Virus record (IMG/VR): IMGVR_UViG_3300006143_000348 | Source: a virus | Lineage: Duplodnaviria > Heunggongvirae > Uroviricota > Caudoviricetes | Reading direction: 5' to 3' (one strand) | DNA: 28,274 bases | In this document: positions 25,688 to 28,274 of the stretch, in pieces | How the letters are laid out: each line of letters begins with the position of its first letter | Numbering within the stretch: the stretch's first letter is position 1 | Notes under the pieces: generated by a model | Seen by the model: the letters and a program-made list of their open reading frames with translations, nothing else | What the model was told of the DNA's origin: nothing | Databases searched by the model: none | Program-made: the position numbers and the translations under genes

Positions 25688-26677
25688 TTATTCAGGCTCG
25701 TCGGAAGAGAAGATGTCAGAGAACATGGTTTCGTCATCTTCGTCTTCGTATTCGGGCATTTCTACCCGCATCCTTGCAAGCTCATCCTCGTATAGCTTGC
25801 AATAGGTGTTTTTGATGCCAAGCATCTTTGATAAGTGTCCAAAGAACCATATGGATACGTAACGGATGATACCGTCGGCATCCTGGAAGTCAGGGTCGGG
25901 TTCCGGGATAGGGCGTTCATTTTCCCACCGCCGAATCCATACGCCGAATGGCGTCTTTTCCAGGGATGAATCTGCATCCCCTTTTTTCTGCGTAGGCTTG
26001 AGGTTCAGGCTCCCAATCAGCGTGTTCAGGGAATTAACGCTTTTGTCGATTGACCTGCCCGCTGCCGCGTCGTTTGCAATGCTTACCTCAAGGTTGCAGA
26101 GCTGGCGCATCAGCACGTCGCTGCCGATATCGTCTGACTTATCGTCATGCGGGAATGCCTGCGGGAACTTTTCCATATAGTATTTCCGCCTTTGCTCCAG
26201 GCGTTCATAAGTATCTGGTGAATAGCCGGAACCCCAGAAAGCCATAACCTCATCTGTGACGGGTACAGGCACGCCGTCGCCGCGCTGTGCTGCCATTGTG
26301 GTGCTGGTTTTCCATAAAGTACCTTCGTCCATCAGGGTGTCATCGTAGCTTTTCCCGGCTGTCGAGACATGGTTGAGTTTTGCAACATACCGTGATATCA
26401 GGCTGTGCGGGGAACTCTTCTTGGCTACATTCTCATAAATTGCGTCATTCCAGTAAAGGTCTAGCTTCCGGCAGATTTGCCGGGTAGCTGCCTTAGAATC
26501 GCCACACTGGGAGAGGTACTTCTCGTACATGGATTCAAGGCATTTCTTACAAATAGGTATGTATCCAGTTCCTTTATAGGATTCTGCGTAACTAACGGGG
26601 AAATTGTATTTGCGGTTTGGGTATGCTATCCCGCATTTCGTGCATATCGTCCGGCTGGAAGCGACTTCAATCGCCAT
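25688..26677 (-). CDS. Zn-finger protein preceding terL, about 329 aa (candidate small terminase)
   Basis: CTKC...CKKC motifs at the N-terminus, a helical middle and an acidic C-terminus, directly upstream of terL. SD GGCGGTGA favours the ATG at 26677 (MAIEV). Confidence 0.6.
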   Translation of the reverse strand: MAIEVASSRTICTKCGIAYPNRKYNFPVSYAESYKGTGYIPICKKCLESMYEKYLSQCGDSKAATRQICRKLDLYWNDAIYENVAKKSSPHSLISRYVAKLNHVSTAGKSYDDTLMDEGTLWKTSTTMAAQRGDGVPVPVTDEVMAFWGSGYSPDTYERLEQRRKYYMEKFPQAFPHDDKSDDIGSDVLMRQLCNLEVSIANDAAAGRSIDKSVNSLNTLIGSLNLKPTQKKGDADSSLEKTPFGVWIRRWENERPIPEPDPDFQDADGIIRYVSIWFFGHLSKMLGIKNTYCKLYEDELARMRVEMPEYEDEDDETMFSDIFSSDEPE

Positions 26678-27140
26678 AGTCGTCACCGCCTTCCTCTTCG
26701 TCATCAGGTATTAGTGCATTTGAGTAAGAGCCGCCCTCTCCAAGTGAAAGCTCGAACATTTTCGCGCACATCCGCAAATCACTGCCGAAAATGAATTTCG
26801 GGATGTACCTTTCCGAGACTTCAACTATTTCTCCGGTTTCCGGATGCTTTGTCGTCCTGGCTTTCCGGTAGTGTACCCCCAGCGTGCCGAAGCCTCTGAC
26901 GGAGACATGCTCCCCGCGCCTTATTGCATCTTCGATAACCGCGATGCATGTGTCCATTACGGCGCTCACATCGTCGACGGTGAAAAGGACTCCTTTGTTT
27001 GACTTCTTAATAACGAAATCACTTACATTCCCATCGTCGTCAGATATATGGAACACTTTCTTCTGTGAAGAGACGGGCTTGCGGATATTATTTTCGCGCA
27101 TCACGCTGGCGACACGCTGTATTAATTCTGTTTTATTCAT
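26667..27140 (-). CDS. HU/IHF-family DNA-binding protein with an insertion, about 157 aa
   Basis: MNKTELI...GEHVSVRGFGTLGVHYRKARTTKHPETGEIVEV...PKFIFG matches the HU fold. SD AAAGGAG precedes the ATG at 27140. Confidence 0.85.
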   Translation of the reverse strand: MNKTELIQRVASVMRENNIRKPVSSQKKVFHISDDDGNVSDFVIKKSNKGVLFTVDDVSAVMDTCIAVIEDAIRRGEHVSVRGFGTLGVHYRKARTTKHPETGEIVEVSERYIPKFIFGSDLRMCAKMFELSLGEGGSYSNALIPDDEEEGGDDYGD

Positions 27141-27201
27141 ACATACTCCTTTACTTTGTGTTGGCACTCCAAAAAAAATAAAGCGTTAATATTTGGGGCG
27201 A

Positions 27202-27215
27202 TATAATGGTATAAT
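27202..27215 (+). promoter_or_regulatory. Candidate sigma-A promoter for the TA operon (tandem TATAAT, extended -10 TGGTATAAT)
   Basis: TATAAT at 27202 and TG-G-TATAAT at 27207..27215, about 80 nt upstream of the antitoxin start. No clear -35 element. Confidence 0.5.
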
Positions 27216-27294
27216 TATGGCATGATTGTGAAAACAGAAAGGATGTAAAATACCTTTCTATTGTTTATCTATTTTCGGAGAGGAGATATATGAA

Positions 27295-27555
27295 ATGCCA
27301 CAGATTATACCGATTAAAAACTTGAAGAACACTTCGGAGATTTCCGATATGTGCCACAGGTCAAACGAACCTATTTATATTACAAAAAATGGCTATGGAG
27401 ATATGGTTATTATGTGCATGAAAGTTTATGAAAACACTATGCGCCGGCTTTCAGTATATAGGGACATTGAAATGTCAGAGCAACAAATAGAAGCCGGATA
27501 CGTAAGGGATGCCCGAACAGCTTTGGCAGAAATGAGGAAAAAATATGGTTTATAG
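27295..27555 (+). CDS. Phd/YefM-family antitoxin, 86 aa
   Basis: MPQIIPIKNLKN...EPIYITKNGYGDMVIM is the Phd/YefM N-terminal signature. SD GGAGAGGAG is present and the stop overlaps the toxin start. Confidence 0.88.
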   Translation: MPQIIPIKNLKNTSEISDMCHRSNEPIYITKNGYGDMVIMCMKVYENTMRRLSVYRDIEMSEQQIEAGYVRDARTALAEMRKKYGL

Positions 27556-27856
27556 TGTGAATGTTGCAGAATATGCGGATGAATTGCTTGATAATATTTT
27601 GCACTATCTGATTTGTTAGTTTAGAAACGAGCAGGCTGCCAAGCATTTGCTGGATGAAATAGAACACATATATGACCGTCTTGAAGAAAATCCTCTGCAA
27701 TTTCCTGCTTGCAAGGATGCATATTTGGCAAAAAGAGGCTACCGTGAGGTTGTTACAGGGCAGATGGATTATGTCATTGTGTTTAGTGTCAGAATGGATG
27801 TTGTAAATATAGTCGGAATTTTTCATGAATTAGAAAACCATCAGAAGAAATTATAA
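27545..27856 (+). pseudogene. RelE/ParE-family toxin interrupted by an in-frame TAG at 27617..27619
   Basis: The ATG at 27545 gives MVYSVNVAEYADELLDNILHYLIC*FRNEQAAKHLLDEIEHIYDRLEENPLQFP...GYREVVTGQMDYVIVFSV...VNIVGIFHELENHQKKL. This is a full-length ParE-like pattern with a single stop at codon 25. Confidence 0.85.
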
Positions 27857-27876
27857 TGATGCCAAATAATTTCTGT

Positions 27877-28274
27877 TTAGCACCTGATTCTATATTCCGC
27901 GTCTACTCCGCATGGTGCATTTACAATAAGCAGCATTTGTGACGGGTCTGAATACAGCCGTTTGTTGTTTGCATATTCGTCGGTGCCGCATAGGGAGCCG
28001 CAAATCATGGATGTAACTCCAAGCTCATTGAAAGTTTCGATATGGTGCTTGTCGCCAAGCAGGATATATTCGATATCCCGGCCACACCGTTTGTGAAACA
28101 GCGTAGATAACAACCGTGGTGAGCTTTTCACAGAGTCAAGGTCTCCATGCGCTGCGCACATGTCATGACCGCAGACATTTAGAAATAAGAATTCAGACTC
28201 CGATGGCTCGGCAATAGTGATTTTTTCATAACAAGACAGTCTCTGTTTCAGCCACCACGGTATGATGCGTTCGA
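27877..28274 (-). CDS. Metallophosphoesterase-like protein, C-terminal part (5'-truncated by the window)
   Basis: The frame is open to the window edge (ERIIPWWLKQRL...). It has HGD and GDKHH motifs followed by GSLCG, as in calcineurin-like phosphoesterases, although the usual GHxH reads GDKH here. Confidence 0.6.
   Translation of the reverse strand, partial: ERIIPWWLKQRLSCYEKITIAEPSESEFLFLNVCGHDMCAAHGDLDSVKSSPRLLSTLFHKRCGRDIEYILLGDKHHIETFNELGVTSMICGSLCGTDEYANNKRLYSDPSQMLLIVNAPCGVDAEYRIRC

Noticed and set aside
337-26794. Numerous plus-strand ORFs and short off-frame minus-strand ORFs in the track (for example 2078..2569, 2566..2760, 6410..7078)
   Set aside because: They are shadows of long, well-supported minus-strand genes and show no family motifs that I recognise.
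27160-27866. TTGGCA/TGCCAA inverted hexamer flanking the TA cassette
   Set aside because: It is only 6 bp, there is no target-site duplication and no transposase, so it is not distinguishable from chance.
1-28274. Genome-wide TAG reassignment (alternative genetic code), prompted by the toxin TAG and two in-frame TAG junctions
   Set aside because: More than 20 kb of late genes, including the 2614-aa TMP, are open in the standard code with no internal TAG. TAG also ends genes just ahead of the next start (12635, 17696, 2964). Recoded phages typically show many internal TAGs in structural genes.

Overview
The window is the virion morphogenesis region of a large long-tailed phage or prophage, probably of a Firmicutes (Clostridia-like) host; the host is inferred from protein style and SD usage. 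Almost all genes lie on the minus strand. In transcription order they are: metallophosphoesterase-like (partial), HU-like, Zn-finger putative small terminase, large terminase, portal, a 58-aa ORF, prohead protease/scaffold, decoration-like protein, major capsid, several neck/tail-completion candidates, tail tube, a RusA-like resolvase, two unknowns, a 2614-aa tape measure, a Dit-like protein and a tail-tip protein of at least 978 aa that runs off the left edge and is absent from the ORF track. This order resembles the SPbeta yon/yom late region (recalled from memory, not aligned). The main result is that the large terminase and portal genes are each split by an ORF-less group I intron: 24551..24878 (328 nt) and 22456..22849 (394 nt). 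Both have P1 with a U.G pair, the P/Q/R/S elements and a terminal G, and splicing restores the reading frame. They share a 128-nt catalytic-core block with only 5 differences, all structure-preserving, while their exon-recognition and peripheral parts differ. An AT-rich Phd/YefM-RelE/ParE toxin-antitoxin pair is inserted on the opposite strand, and its toxin carries an in-frame TAG. Five intrinsic-terminator-like hairpins punctuate the late genes. All translations, alignments and folds were done by eye; no database search was run.
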